A DNA stretch of 64,000 bases from assembly GCA_951406725.2 (NCBI GenBank), contig OX597817.1, forward strand, positions 96,906,001 through 96,970,000, read 5' to 3'. The notes beneath the pieces are model-generated. The model worked only from the letters and a program-made list of their open reading frames with translations. It had not been told where the DNA came from and did not search any database. Within the stretch, counting starts at the first letter, position 1. Each line of letters begins with the position of its first letter. Of the stretch, positions 1 to 13,141 are shown in pieces. The position numbers were made by a program, and so were the translations under genes. Source of the DNA: Octopus vulgaris (lineage: Eukaryota).

Positions 1-189
1 ATTTAATGCATTGTAACATGTTATTAATTGAGTTCTTAATTACAGTGAAATTTTTGTGATTGTTTATACATCAATTCTATATATAGATAGGGGAAATGAA
101 GTTCAGATTTGCATTACAGCAAAATGCTCTCTACATTAGTGAGACAACCACAAGAGAAACTTTTAGATAAAAGTAAGCCAGGTAAAGAG

Positions 190-830
190 TAGGCTACGTA
201 GAGACATAGCTTTTGTTGATCTGGAAAAGCTAGGAGTAGATACATGGCTTGTGAAAGCGAAGCAAGCTTTGTACTAAGAAGCAGTCAGCAAAATGAATTA
301 GAGAAATTTAGGGTGCATGTAGCTGTCCATCAAGGCTTAGTTCTCAACCACCCACTATGTATTAGTTCTCCAAGTCATAATGGAAGTGCTTAAAACCAGT
401 TACTCATGGGAGCTCTAATCTTTATAAGAGAAACTGTGGAGGATTTTGATAAAATATGTGCAAACAAAAGAATTAAGAGGCCATGAAGTAATTGTCATAA
501 AAACTAAAATTTTAGTAGTAATTTCTTTCCTACTAAATTAAATTTAATAGGAAAAAGACAAGACTGATGCCATTAGGAAAAGGGCAAGAAGAAATTCGAT
601 TCAGTGCACTCTATGGATACACAAGAGTTGCAGTTGAGTCAAAAGCAAGCTGAGAGTGAATAAAAACTTTGCTTGTGATAGATGTACAAGAGTAGTTAGC
701 AGTCAGTATACTAGTAAAATAAATTCCTTGTAATACTCAAATGGCTCTATTGAAGTAGTTGATTGCTTTTTGGCTGTGATGGAGAACTTTGAAAGCCTAG
801 CAGCTAGAACTATATGGTTAAGAAAAAATT
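190..830 (+). mobile_element. Highly degenerate RTE LINE fragment
   Basis: Decayed AFVDLEK, VHQG.VL, PWELL-like segments paralleling the RTE copies at 7.5-10.6 kb and 33-35 kb. Confidence 0.55.
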
Positions 831-1184
831 TTCCCTTGCATTTCTCTTTCCTTTAATAACCCTTTACCCAAAATTTTCTTATTTCTTTTTCCTTCATGTT
901 CCCTCCCCCTCATATTTACCCTTACAATGTAGGATAATACTAGGCACCCTACACAACTGACCTCATCACTCTTTCTATTCCATACTTCTCATTCTCACTA
1001 ACCCTAAATACTAATTTCTTTCATTTTCTCCAGTCTCTTTCATGCCTTCTCTGTTACTCTTACCACTATCACTTCTCACAACAATAAATTTATTCCTCTT
1101 ATCACTTCACCTAAAGTCAACAATCTCTCTTCTATTCTCCTTTTAGTTATAGGGCTCTTTAGTGTTGCAAGCTACAAAGTGAGC

Positions 1185-1360
1185 TCACAAGTGTTGGTAC
1201 ATATAAAAAGCTCCCAGTAAGGTCTGTAAAGTGGTTGGCATTAAGAAAGGGCATCCAGTCATAAGAACCATCAAAAAATTCAGTCCTCCAGTTGGTCAAA
1301 TATTGTAAAACTGTCTAATTCCTGCCAATATGGAAAGCGGACATAAAATGAAGATGATTG
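1185..1360 (+). mobile_element. Degenerate RTE-tail SINE copy
   Basis: GTGGTTGGCATTAAGAAAGGGCATCCAG ... GGACATAAAATGAAGATGAT similar to 27845-27990. Confidence 0.6.
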
Positions 1361-1550
1361 TATGTATATGTGTGTGTGTATGTGTGCCCCACCCATATAT
1401 ATATATACATATATTTAGAGTAAAAATAGAAAAGCATAAATTTCAGGCATAGTTCATATTGTAATTGAGTTCTCTATTTGTTTCATTAGAATGAGCATCA
1501 TTAAATGTATAATTAAATAATTGTGATACATAATTAATTCAGTTAAATTA

Positions 1551-1698
1551 AATTAGTTTAAAGGCTGTGTTTATCCAAATCATCAGGAATATTGTGCTAT
1601 GTTAATCGGAAAATTGTTACTCAGTAAGAGTGGTTTTCTGATTAACATCCCATAATATTCCTGATGATTTTTGGTAAACACAGCCTTTAACCTTAATT
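1551..1698. repeat. ~150-bp imperfect palindrome (MITE-like hairpin)
   Basis: AAAGGCTGTGTTTATCCAAATCATCAGGAATATT mirrored by AATATTCCTGATGATTTTTGGTAAACACAGCCTTT. Confidence 0.75.
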
Positions 1699-2199
1699 AC
1701 TTAATTTTGTATTGTAATAAATAATTATAAATACTTCATTTTTGAATTTGGTTAGGAAGATTCTTGATGTAAATTCATATGTTGAAACAAATCTTGTGTA
1801 TTGGGAGGGCCATTACACCAATAATAGTAATAATACATATACTGGTTCATTATCATTTCTTTTATTTTTAGTCAGTTGGTTAAATATGTAACCAACTAAT
1901 GTTTGTTTAATGTACTGGTTAAGCAATCAGTTGTTTATTAGTCAAAGTTCATTCATTGCTGTTTGCCTTCTCAGTGACTTACCTTTCTTTCCAAGGTCTG
2001 CTCTGAGTCAGTCCAAGAATTTGTCTTAAGCCTGTGTGTATGTATGCTTGTATGTGTGAATGTAGATGTATATTTGCTTAAGAGAGGAGGTAAGAGTGAG
2101 AGTAAATGGAAACAATGAAAATGATGAAAACAATAACAACAACAGTACTCTAAACTTTTTTCTATAATCCCAATGATGCCTCATGAGATGACAAGGATT

Positions 2200-3620
2200 T
2201 ACCCTCAAAACTTACCATTCAACAAAAGAGTATGCATCCCACCACACACAGATGGTAAGACAGAGGTAAAAATGTCTATGTGAGCACTGAAGACCTCCTT
2301 AGTAGTGTCAATGAGTGTAACTGCTCCAATGACCTTGCAGGTTGTGGATAAAAAAATCAACAAACATAGGCAGGTACCTCAGCTTTTCCAGTGTTTACAC
2401 AATATATTTCATAAGATCGATGAAAACTTGGTATAGAAGTCTCTGTTCAATGCATTTCTCTTACAACTGTTTGATGCTAAAGATCATGTTGGTGGTACCT
2501 CTATCAAAATGAAACTCTAGAACAATGATGGAGTGGAGCATATGTATGTCAGCAACCAATTCAGTAAATGTTTTGAGAAATATCTTACCAACAGTAAAGA
2601 AATACCATGAAAATACCATAGCTGGACTTGGCACCATTTTCCTTGTAAAATGAAATCAGTATAGCATCTCTCTCCAATTCTGTGATCCATTCCATATGTG
2701 GACAATTAGCATAGTCACAAGCAACTACATCCCCATCCTGCTTAATAACTTCAACTGGTATACCATCAGTTCAGGGAGCAGGGTGGAGGCAGGGGTAAGG
2801 TCTGAGTTGATCTGTTTAATGGCAATTTTGACTTCAATGTTAGTAACCATTTCTTCAATAATATGGTGCTGCAGTAGACATACTATGATTTTCTCATCAG
2901 TTGTGGGTGGGGTGTCAAAAAGGTCTGTGAAATGCTCTATCCATCTCTTCAGCACTACTGGTTAAAGTTAAATCTTTGGAAAAGAAAAGAGGAATTTTTG
3001 GTGGGTAAGGACAAAATATATGTTTTAATGAGCTGTGTATTGTTTTGAAATCTTTGTCATTTGAATATCTACAGATATTTGCCAAATCTCAGAGTTTGTC
3101 AACATTCAACTATTTCAAAACTTTTCCCAATAAACAGCTTTAACCATACTCATACAAGGTAGTGAGACATCCAACATGTAGCCATATGCAAAACTAATGC
3201 TACAGAGATTATAAATGTCATGTTTACATATGACAAAGTCAATAAGATAGCCCTGTTTCTACTAAGGATGTGTCTAAGGAACTTTATGTTTGGGGTTTTG
3301 GTGGAATAGTGTATTATCTATCAAAAGCCCCAGTTCATAATATATCTTTTTACCTACGCTGAAGTATCCCCAGTTATACTATGTATTACAGTCATAACCT
3401 ACTATGACATTGAAGTCACCAGATAAAATGACTTGTTACTAGTTAGTGTGGAAAGAATGACATTTCTAAGATTCTCTAAGAAAAGAGTTAGAGTTTCTTC
3501 CATTGAGTGAAGAGTTGGTGCATACACAGAGGAGAAAGTCACATGGTCCCCGCAAGACAATGGCAACCAAAATTTAATATGAACAGCTACATTTGTTCTT
3601 CTTTGTAGATAGGCTGGATA
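2200..3620 (-). mobile_element. Highly degenerate LINE (APE + RT remnants)
   Basis: RWIEHF.DLF, GISLL, GDFN-like remnants on the minus strand with many stops. Confidence 0.5.
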
Positions 3621-3764
3621 AGTTATTTAAACATTTAAAGTGAATTGTTTTCCTTCCAATTCAAGTTGCACTACTGCAATATTCAGATGAATTGTTTATT
3701 TTTTTTACTAGTAATTTCTAATTAATAAATATGGCTTTGACTTATTGAAGTGGTATCTAATAAT

Positions 3765-4050
3765 CTTTTTTCTATTACTTGTTTTAGTCATTAGACTGTG
3801 GCCTTGCTGGGGCACTGCCTTAAAGAATTTTTAGTCAAATGAATCAACCTCTGTATTTAATTTTTTAAGCCTGATACTTATTGTATCAGTCTCTATTGCC
3901 AAACTGCTAGGTTATGGGGATGTAAGCACACCAACAAACCAATACTGGCTGTCAAGTAGCGGTGGGGAACAAACACAGACACAAAGACACACACACACAC
4001 ATATATATGACAGGCTTCTTTCAGCTTCTGTCTACCAAATTCACTCATGA
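3765..4050 (-). mobile_element. Decayed SINE-like interspersed repeat with (CA)n
   Basis: Architecture recalled from abundant octopus SINEs; a related 3' fragment lies near 62930-62980; family name not established. Confidence 0.45.
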
Positions 4051-4475
4051 ATTACAAGAAATGAATATATGAATGAAACCAACATTTTTTGTTGTAAGGC
4101 TATAGTTTATTAAGTGTTTAAAAATAAACATATATAAATAAAAACATTACAACTTACTTTCCTCACTTAGCATGATGATGAGTCCCACAAGTCATCAAGT
4201 GATCAAGGAACCACAGAAAACCATCTTCATATAGTGCATCTAGTGCAGAACCTATTTCTCTCCAAGTTAATGAAACATTCATCAATTTTTCAGTATTACA
4301 TACAGTGAAATTTTCATACCTCTTAGTACCTATTTTCAGCCAGATGACTGAACTCTTTTGGGAGTCAAGTGATTTGATCAAATATAGTGCACAGCAAGCT
4401 GGTAGTCTAACATTCTAGCAACTTGGACTTTCAAACACTAGTGATTATGATGCATAGAAATTGATAATGTCTTAC

Positions 4476-4598
4476 TCTATGATACCATGGCATATTAACG
4501 AAATGCAACAATGGCATTCCTTCATCACTCATAGCAGCCAACCAACCACATGATCCATAATATTTTGGGAAAGCCCAGCCATTGGAAGATGGGAACAT
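4476..4598 (-). CDS. DIPK2A: Second coding exon of the DIPK2A-like gene (MFPSSNGWAFPKYYGSCGWLAAMSDEGMPLLHFVNMPWYHR)
   Basis: Acceptor TTTCAG| at 4599-4600, donor AGA|GTAAGA at 4475; 123 nt, phase 0 at both ends, matching the previous exon; resembles the FP..GW.F.KY.G.CG...PW..R segment that follows NPEPL..Q in DIPK2A. No later exon found in the window. Confidence 0.85.
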
Positions 4599-4860
4599 CT
4601 GAAATGAAATTTAAAAAAACTGTTATAATGTAACTGATATGAAATTGAGGGGGATCTGATTAGTATTTATTAAATAGCCCAAACACAGAACTAGAAACTA
4701 GAAAACAAAATCTTGTAGATGAAATCTATGGAAGGGGTAACAACAACAAAACACTCAGATACAAGTTTTAGATTATCATTTTTTATTATCACTAGCAGAA
4801 TATTTGCTATTACCCATGCTAGACAGTAGGTATAAAATGGTTGAGAACTCTTAATGAAAG

Positions 4861-5830
4861 TATTGTGTCATCCTATAAATAATGTGGTTTTTTGAATTGC
4901 ATGAACTAAAAGTCGGAGGGGAACGGCTTGAACTACCTGCATGAACTTGCTTTATAAGCAGGTAGTAATTTTACCTTGTCCTTGTTCTCAGTGCAAGTTT
5001 TGAAGAGTGCAGTTCGATTTTAAGTTATTTTTTTAAAGCTATAATGGAAGTGACAATGGAATATATTTGACATATTTTGCTTTATGAGTTCAATAAAGGC
5101 AACAACACAATGGAAGGTGTGAGGAATATTAATGTAGTATATGGGGATCAGGCAACAAGCATAAGCCAGTGTCAATGTGATTCCAGAAATTCCAAGCTGG
5201 AATCTACAACCTAGAAGATGAGCCTTGTCCTGGGAGATCTGTAGAGCTTGATGAGGATATCCTGCAAACCCTGGTGGAATGAAATCCTATCATAACTGTT
5301 GAAGAACTAGTAGAGAAGCTTAGATTTGTTCATTCAACCATTCATTGACAGCTGGGTGCTATTGGAAAAGTCAGCAAATTAGGTCAATGGTTGCCCACAA
5401 ACATTCCAAGTCTAATCGCATGCAGAGAATGAATGTGTGCTCTTCTTTGCTGTTACATCTCAAGAATGAACCTTTTTTTGACTGAATAGTGACTGGTGAC
5501 AAGAAATGGGTTCTCTATAAAAATGTCAAGCTCCGTAAACAGTGGGTAGGGAAACAAGAAACATTGGCACCCCAGGCTAAAGAAGGTCTTTACCCATGCA
5601 AGGTGTTGTTATTTGTTTGGTGGGATATGAAAGGTTCAGTCCACTTTGAACATTTAAACTCAAACCAAATGATAACAAAGACCTACTGTGAATAGCTTGA
5701 GTGGCTTAAGTCAGCACTAGAAAAAAGACAGCCATCTTTGGTTTCAAGATGAAAGGTGTTCTTCCATCAGGAAGGCCACATACAGCGAGAATGATATTCC
5801 AAAGGCTGGAGTAGTTTGAATGGGAAAACA
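4861..5830 (+). mobile_element. Mariner transposon remnant, transposase pseudogene, 3'-truncated
   Basis: TA + TIR-like TTGTGTCATCCTATAAATAATGTGGTTTTT; from 5044 MEVTMEYI*HILLYEFNKG..; VTGDKKWVLY and KVLLFVWWD motifs; multiple stops. Confidence 0.85.
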
Positions 5831-6218
5831 AATTTCCAAATAAATCAGGTACAATCCTACAGCATTATATGCATTTACATATCATACCTTGGGGTCTTAT
5901 TCATCATATATTTATTTATCTATAAATATACAAAGTAGCTGATAAAAGTCAATATTAATTCAATTTGGGGGGATTAATCGATATGCGGGTATTCTATTTC
6001 AGATAATACAAAAAATAACCCAATGAGTATATCTGAAAGTAAACTCATTGTATTATGAAATGATACTTAAAGGATATAACCAAAATTACCAGCAGGGTAT
6101 ATAATATACTTCATTAATTATCTCCTACTTTAGTTAATACTTAAATTTATTAAATATGAAGGAACTACATGTATTTCAGTATTGGAAGATTACAATATAT
6201 ATACATATACACAACTGT

Positions 6219-6275
<57 letters not shown>

Positions 6276-6739
6276 TATACACACATATATAAATACATAT
6301 ATGCAATCATCAGATTCACAATTATTCAAGCACAAGTGGGTTCATGTCTTCTTTTTTTTTGCTGGTTCTAAAATGGTGATTAGAGGAAGAAGATAGCAGG
6401 GAACTATGGGTATTTATAGGTGATTAGTACCAAGTGGATAATTACACTATACGTAGTTTTAATTTTAAATTATCCACTATTATTATTTTCAAATTCACCT
6501 ATATTGGGAGGCATATATGATTTGTTATATAATTTTAATAATATCTAATTCATATATTTATTTATTTAAATTATTGCATTATTATCATTCATTTATTTAT
6601 TTATATAGTTTATTCAAGTGCTTTAGAAATAAAATTATGTGGTTATTTGATTCAGGAGTTGGGGGTTTAGTACTTCATTTTACTAGATGTAAAATTACTT
6701 TGGTGCCTACATTTAACTCTTCATTCATCATGTGTGCTT

Positions 6740-7105
6740 AATAATTAATCTCTAGACAGTTATGCATAATAAATACATTTTATTCCTAATATTTTAGGTG
6801 TGGGCTCTACCTATAATACTCAAATTAAGGGTGTACTCTCTGATTATGACACTTTTAATAAACATACCCCATGTTATAATAAAGCTTTAAAACAAGCAAA
6901 ATACAATTCTAATATAAAATTCTTTAGTTATTATGAGCACATTAATAATAATAATATTAATAATAATAATAATAATAATAATGATAATAATAATAATAGT
7001 AATAATAATAATATAACAAGTATTCCTAATAAAACTAATAATAAATCTAACAGTAAAAATAAGTAAAAGACAATATAACAAACTAAATAAAGATAAAAAT
7101 AATAT
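6740..7105 (+). mobile_element. Penelope-like element fragment with (AAT)n
   Basis: FNKHTPCYNKALKQAKY resembles the PLE thumb/linker region, same module as 11240-11340. Confidence 0.45.
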
Positions 7106-7106
7106 A

Positions 7107-10100
7107 GCCAACCACTCCGTGAGTGTAGTGGGTGCTTTTTACGTGCCACCCGCACAGGTGCCAGACGGAGCTGGCAAATGGCCACAAACAGATGGTGCTT
7201 TTACGTGCCACCGGCACGGGGGCCGGGCGAGGCTGGCAACGGCCACGAACGGATGGTGCTTTTACGTGCTACCAGCACGGAGGCCAGTTGGGGCGGTGCT
7301 GGCAACAGCCACGATCGGATGGTTCGCTTAACCACAGCTGCAATTTCCATTGATGTTGATCGACTTCGATTTTGGTTCTGCTTTCTGATATCTGATTTGA
7401 TTTGGTTTGATTTTGATTTTTGATTTGATTTTGATTTTCACTTGTCTCAACGGGTCTTCACAAGTGGAGTTTTGTGTCCCAAGAAGGAAAGGTATGTAGG
7501 CCACAGGTTATGTTCTCACTAGTCTTGCCGGGTCTTCTCACGCACAACATACTTTCATAGGTCTCGGTCTCTAGTCATTTCCTTGGTGAGACCTAAAGCT
7601 TGAAGGTCGTGCTTCACCACCTCGTCCCATGTTTTCCTGGGTCTACCTCTTCCACAGGTTCCCTCAACTGCTAGGGTGTGGCACTTTTGCACACAACTAT
7701 CTTCAGCCATTCTCGTCACATGACCATACCAGCGCAAACGTCTCTCTTGCACACCACAACTGATGCTTCTTAGGTCCAACTTTTCTCTCATGGTACTTAT
7801 ACTCTATCGATTATGAACACTGACATTACACATCCATTGGAGCATACTGGCTTCATTTCTTGCGAGCTTACGCAAATCCTCAGCAGTCACAGCCCATGTT
7901 TCACTACCATGTAGCATGGCTGTACGTACACATGCATCATACAGTCTGCCTTTTACTCTGAGCGAGAGGCCTTTTGTCACCAGCAGGGGTAAGAGCTCTC
8001 TAAACTTTGCCCAGGCTATTCTTACTCTAGTAGTTACACTTTCAGCACACCCACTCCCGCAACTGACTTGGTCACCTAGGTAGCGGAAGCTAACAACTAC
8101 TTCTAGTTTTTCTCCCTGGAACGTGGTAGAAGTTGGTCTCTGCATATTTTCAGAGTTTATTGCTCCTGAGCATCTGCCACAGATAAAAACTATTTTCCTA
8201 GTTAGTCTTCCTTTGACATTACTACACCTCTTATGTGTCCATAGCTTACACTTGGTGCACCTTATAGAGTTTCTACCTACGCCTTTTTTACAGATCGAGT
8301 AGGGCCATCTACCTGAAGGCGTTTGTGATTGGTCTACCTTCCTACTTAGGACTTTGGTTTTGGCTAGGTTGATTCTAAACCTTGCTTCCACACCTGAAAC
8401 TTCTCCTCCAGTTCTGATAGAGACTCAGCAATTAGAGAAAGGTCATCAGCATAGAGGAGCTCCCAGGGGCATCCTGTCTTGAATTCCTCCGTTATTGCCT
8501 GGAGGACTATGATAAATAGGAGGGGACTAAGGACTGAACCTTGGTGGACCCCAACCTCTACCCGGAATTCTTCACTGTACTCGTTGCCAACCCTCACCTT
8601 ACTAGCAGCGTCTCTGTACATGGCTCGCACAGCTCTCACTAACCATTCATCTATCCCTAGTTTCCTCATTGACCACCAGATAAGGGATCGGGGGACCCTG
8701 TCGAAGGCTTTCTCCATATCAACAAAAGCCAGGTACAGGGGCTTGTCTTTGGCTAGGTATTTCTCCTGCAGCTGTCTTACCAGGAATATAGCATCAGTAG
8801 TACTTTTCCCTGGCCCGAACCCAAACTGCATCTCATCTAAACTAACTCTCTCTCTAATTAGTTGAGCTATGACCCTCTCCATAAACTTCATTACCTGATC
8901 CAATAGCTTGATACCTCTGTAGTTATTTGTATCTAGGGCGTCACCTTTACCTTTGTAGCAGTTGACTATTATGCTGCTACACCAGCCATTGGGTATGACT
9001 CCTTCGTGTATCACCTGATTAACTATATGGGTGACTAGGCTATAGCCGACACTACCAAATATTTTGAGCATCTCTGCAGTGATTCCTGATGGACCTGGGG
9101 CTTTCCCTGTCTTCATGCTTCTAATTGCCTTAGCTACCAAGGAACTGTCAACTCAGATAGCTGGTCCCTCTGTTGGGTCGACATTCGGCAGACTCTCTTT
9201 ATCCCATTCATTTTCTTTATTCAGCAACCTTTCATAGTGGTGTCTCCAAACCTCTCTCTTTGCATCCTCATTTAGCGCAAGTGACTAATCATCCTTGCGA
9301 ACACATTTCTCTCCTACCACGTCACGATTCTCTCTCACACACTGTCTTGCAATACGAAATACCTCAAGCCTTTCATCCTCACGGCGCAGAACATTGGCAA
9401 ATTTTTTCTTATCTGCTTCCCCTCTGGCTAAATACACCTGCCTCCTAGCTTCCCTTCTGGCAGTCTGATACACTTCCCTGCTACCACCGTTCTTCCAGTC
9501 CTTCCAAGCCTGTTTCTTTTGTCTAATAGCCCTGTCAACAATATTGTTCCACCACCACGTTATTTTGGGTCTTGAGGGGACTTTGCACCAGCCACAGATC
9601 TGGTCAGTGGCTTTCAGCAGGTTGTCCCTTAGAAGCGTCCACTTATCTTCTACCCCATGTGTTGCTATACCCCCTTCTATTTCGTCGAAGGCTTCAAATA
9701 ACATGTCTCTAAATCTCTGTCCATTTGCAGGGTCTTTAAGCTTCCAGACCCTTCTTCTCCATGCTGGTCGTCTTCTAGTCGTCCTCTTAGTCCTGATCCT
9801 AAAGTCACTAACTACCAGTCTATGTTGTGGGGTACATTCTTCGCCTGGGAAGGTTTTGGCATTTATAAGCAGCCATCTTGCCCTTTTTCTGGCAAGGATG
9901 TAGTCGATTTGGCTAGTATGCCGGCCCGATCGGTAGGTGACCAAGTGGCTTGTCAGTTTCCTGAAGTTAGTGTTGCAAACCATAAGACTTCGCATCACAG
10001 AACTCCAGCAGCCTGGTTCCCTCCTCGTTGCAGGAACCATAACCGTAGCCTCCATGTACGCCATGGAAGCCCCCAGCATATTGTCCAACATGCTCATTGA

Positions 10101-10950
10101 AGTCACCAGCCACAAAGAGAAGGTCCCTGTCGTTCGTCAATGAGGTGGTCTGCAGTAGGGTGTCATAGAAACGGTCTTTCTGTCCATCGGGTAGCCCTGG
10201 CTGAGGGGCATAGGCCGATATAATAGTTGCTAAACTATGATGGAGCACTAATCTAATCTTCAGTATTCTGTCACATACTCTGACTACCTCGATTACCTTA
10301 TCTACCCATTTTTCGGCGATAAGTATACCCACACCCCCGACCCCTTCAGTATTCCCAGCCCAGAAAATCTTGTACCTCTGTCCTTTACCTGTTAGGAACC
10401 TAGCAGAATCTCCTCTCCACCTCACTTCTTGAATACAGCATATATCGACACACCTCCGTTCAAGCAATTCAACGATCTCGCCAGATCTGCCTTTCAGTGT
10501 GCCAACGTTGAGGGTGCCAACCCTGAGGGAGTGGGAGGTATTGGCCCTAGTAGCATCATGAACCTCAAAAGAAAACTCGCGTTTGGCAGGATTCATAGAC
10601 AAACAATAAAACTCAAGTTCAAACCGCATACGCTACACTAACATATCTTGCAATGAATGACCACTACCTTTTATGGAAGGAGGTGTGGGTGGCGTAAGAC
10701 TTTGAAGTGTACATGGGAGACAACAAGGATGAGAAAATTTAGGACTTCCTGTAGCGGTGGGGGTGGCATAAGAATTTGAAGTGTACATGGGAGACAACAA
10801 GGATGAGAAAATTTAGAACTTCCTGTAACGGTGGAGGGGGTGTAACGGTGGAGGGGGTGTAACGGTGGAGGGGGTGTAACGGTGGAGGGGGTGTAACGGT
10901 GGAGGGGGTGGGAGGGCGGGCGAACCCGCGAAAACTAGCAGCCATGTGTG
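7107..10950 (-). mobile_element. Near full-length RTE-clade LINE (APE + RT + Cys-rich finger), frameshifted; 3'UTR with tandem ~62-bp units
   Basis: TLNVGTL, CIQEVRW, AYAPQ, GDFN, SQIDYIL, QHRLVV (APE); KAPGPSGI, YRGIKLL, AFVDMEKAFDRV, GVHQGS, LYADD (RT); GRGRPRKTW C-terminus. Confidence 0.95.
10824..10922 (+). repeat. G-rich 17-18-bp minisatellite (TGTAACGGTGGAGGGGG)x5 in the RTE 5' region, preceded by an ~83-bp duplication
   Basis: Directly visible tandem units; duplicated block at ~10685-10755 and ~10760-10830. Confidence 0.85.
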
Positions 10951-11239
10951 AGCGGGGAAGGAAAAACTTATATAAAATAAGGAGCTATAAAATTATAAAT
11001 ATTTATTCTATATTTAACGAGACGTGAGACTGATCGATAAAATTAGGGGGGCAATCCATAGGATTATAAATATATTTAACACAGGCCATGAGAGAGACAA
11101 CAATAACTAATGAATTATACATAATATGTAATACGAGGCGAGGCTGAAATAAACAGAGTAAAAGTGAAAAAGTCATAACATAAATAGAGATAAAACATGG
11201 GGACAGCTAATGAAATTAAAAAAAGAATATCCCAACACA

Positions 11240-12600
11240 AATGTGTCCTCTAGCCAAGAGATTTTTGATGCAGCAGCTCACAACTATAACGAGGGTCTAG
11301 CTGCTAGCAGATTTAGGGACCACATCAACTACATGCTGGGCCCCAACATCCATAGAAGGAAGTGCCACAGAAATATCATTTAGTTAGCCACCCCTCCCTT
11401 CTCAATGTGAAAACATCTGTAGGTAGGATATTCTTTAAGTTAATAAACATTTCATTAGTTCACATAGATACAGATGCATTTTCAGCAGGCACAACCTTAG
11501 GGTCTCTTTTAGCTGTGCCCCCAATATTAAGAGCATTCTAATTAGCATCTCTAGACCATGAGCAGAGGCAGGCTCTTCATGCAACAGATGCCCAGTGAGG
11601 AGGCCACTGAAAAACCAAGGGAGTCATCTATGAAGCCAAGGTACTGGCCAACTCTAGCAGCAGCAGCAGCAACATCAGCAGCTTCCCTAACAGTGACCAT
11701 AGTAGCAGCAAAATGTGGACAGAACCAACAGCACCATCAACAGCGATAGCAACAATAACAATATCAACGACAGAAATGACAGCAGCAGCTTCCCTAATGA
11801 CTACGGCTACAGCAGCAAGCTTAATAGTTTCAATAGCAACAGTGTCAGTACGATTCCCAGTGATAACAACAATAACAGTGACGGCAGCAACAGCAGTGTC
11901 CGTAAGGGAAATAGCAGCAGAGACATAGCCAATGGCATTTACAACAGCAATGACAGCACTTCCATCAATGGCAATGGCCGTAATAACAACAAAGGCATCT
12001 TTACCAACACCAGTAGTGGCAACACCAACACCATTGCCACCTCCAATAACACCAAAATCAGCAGTGCCAACACCAACATCAGTTGTTCCGGCAACTCATT
12101 CAAACAATACCCGTCCAACCACAGATCCTCCTTCAGGATACTGGAGAGGAGATTTGTCATGTCATTAGCAAGCCATGTATGGCAGCTGATAGACGATGGG
12201 ATTCCATACACAATACCATGGAGAATCCTAGAAAATCCAGGCCGCTACATTAATAGGACCAATTGCTGTAAATTATGCATAGCGGAATGGGTGAGGATCC
12301 TAAAGGACTCTCTCGACCCAGGGAACAGACTGAACTCCAGAATGGAGGTCTTCGGACCATGCTTACATCTCAGAAATTTCCTGCTACCCTATTAGAACAC
12401 ACGGGATAAGAGGGTCATTGGTGATTAATAGCCAAAGAGATACAATCCCCTTTGTTGACATCAGTGATCGATATCAAAGGGGAGACAATCCCTTTTGTTG
12501 GCATTGACTAACAGAGTCCTTTACTCCTCCATACTCTAGAGAGACCACTCGTTAGAGAGGCCTTTAGCCAACAGGTTTTGGGATCTGATGATACACCTAA
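11240..12600 (+). mobile_element. Penelope-like element 3' part with Asn/Ser-rich expansion
   Basis: SSQEIFDAAAHNYNEGL, RNII, RVSFSCAPNIKSI; C-terminal SLASHVWQL..W.IL..CKLCIAE..LNSRME..CLH typical of the PLE GIY-YIG C-terminus. Confidence 0.8.
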
Positions 12601-12775
12601 CTTTAATATATACTGCTCTATAACTTAGAATGAGTTTCTTTCTTTGGATTTAGGCTTACATATGATACACACACACACATATATATACATATACATTACA
12701 TACGTATATATATGTGTGTATATATATATATATACATATATACATTACATATATATACATACATACATATATATA

Positions 12776-13141
12776 TAATGGTATTTTTATATAAGCTTAA
12801 AGCTTATGGCAATCACCGTGCAATGACTAAGGAAACTAGTCTAATAATGGGGCATATAAGCCCTCGACAGAAAAAAGACTTTCCTATTTGCGTGGGACTT
12901 GAACCCACATCCCTTTGTTAACACGACTAAGTGTGTGACTTTTACACCAGTGAACCAGCCTTCCTCCTTCTGTCAAATTTAAGAACTATATTAGTTTTTA
13001 TGTAAACAAACTTCCAATATATGCTTTTGGTGCGAATGGTTTTGTTATTTTATAATCCTGTAAATAATAATAATGGTATTTTTATGTAAGCTTGAAGCTT
13101 ATGGCAATCACCGCGCAATGGCTAAGGAAAATAGTCTAATA
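12776..13141. repeat. ~295-bp partial tandem repeat (70-bp direct repeats) enclosing a minus-strand tRNA-like segment
   Basis: 12776-12846 = 13071-13141; minus-strand B-box GGTTCAAGTCC near 12895-12906. Confidence 0.65.

Noticed and set aside
4163-4381. ORF as a third DIPK2A exon
   Set aside because: No resemblance to the expected downstream kinase-like motifs and no clear acceptor in frame
7125-7330. CRISPR-like array (GGTGCTTTTACGTGCCACC repeats with variable spacers)
   Set aside because: Spacers are homologous to each other, the array is part of an RTE 3'UTR, the context is eukaryotic and no cas genes are present
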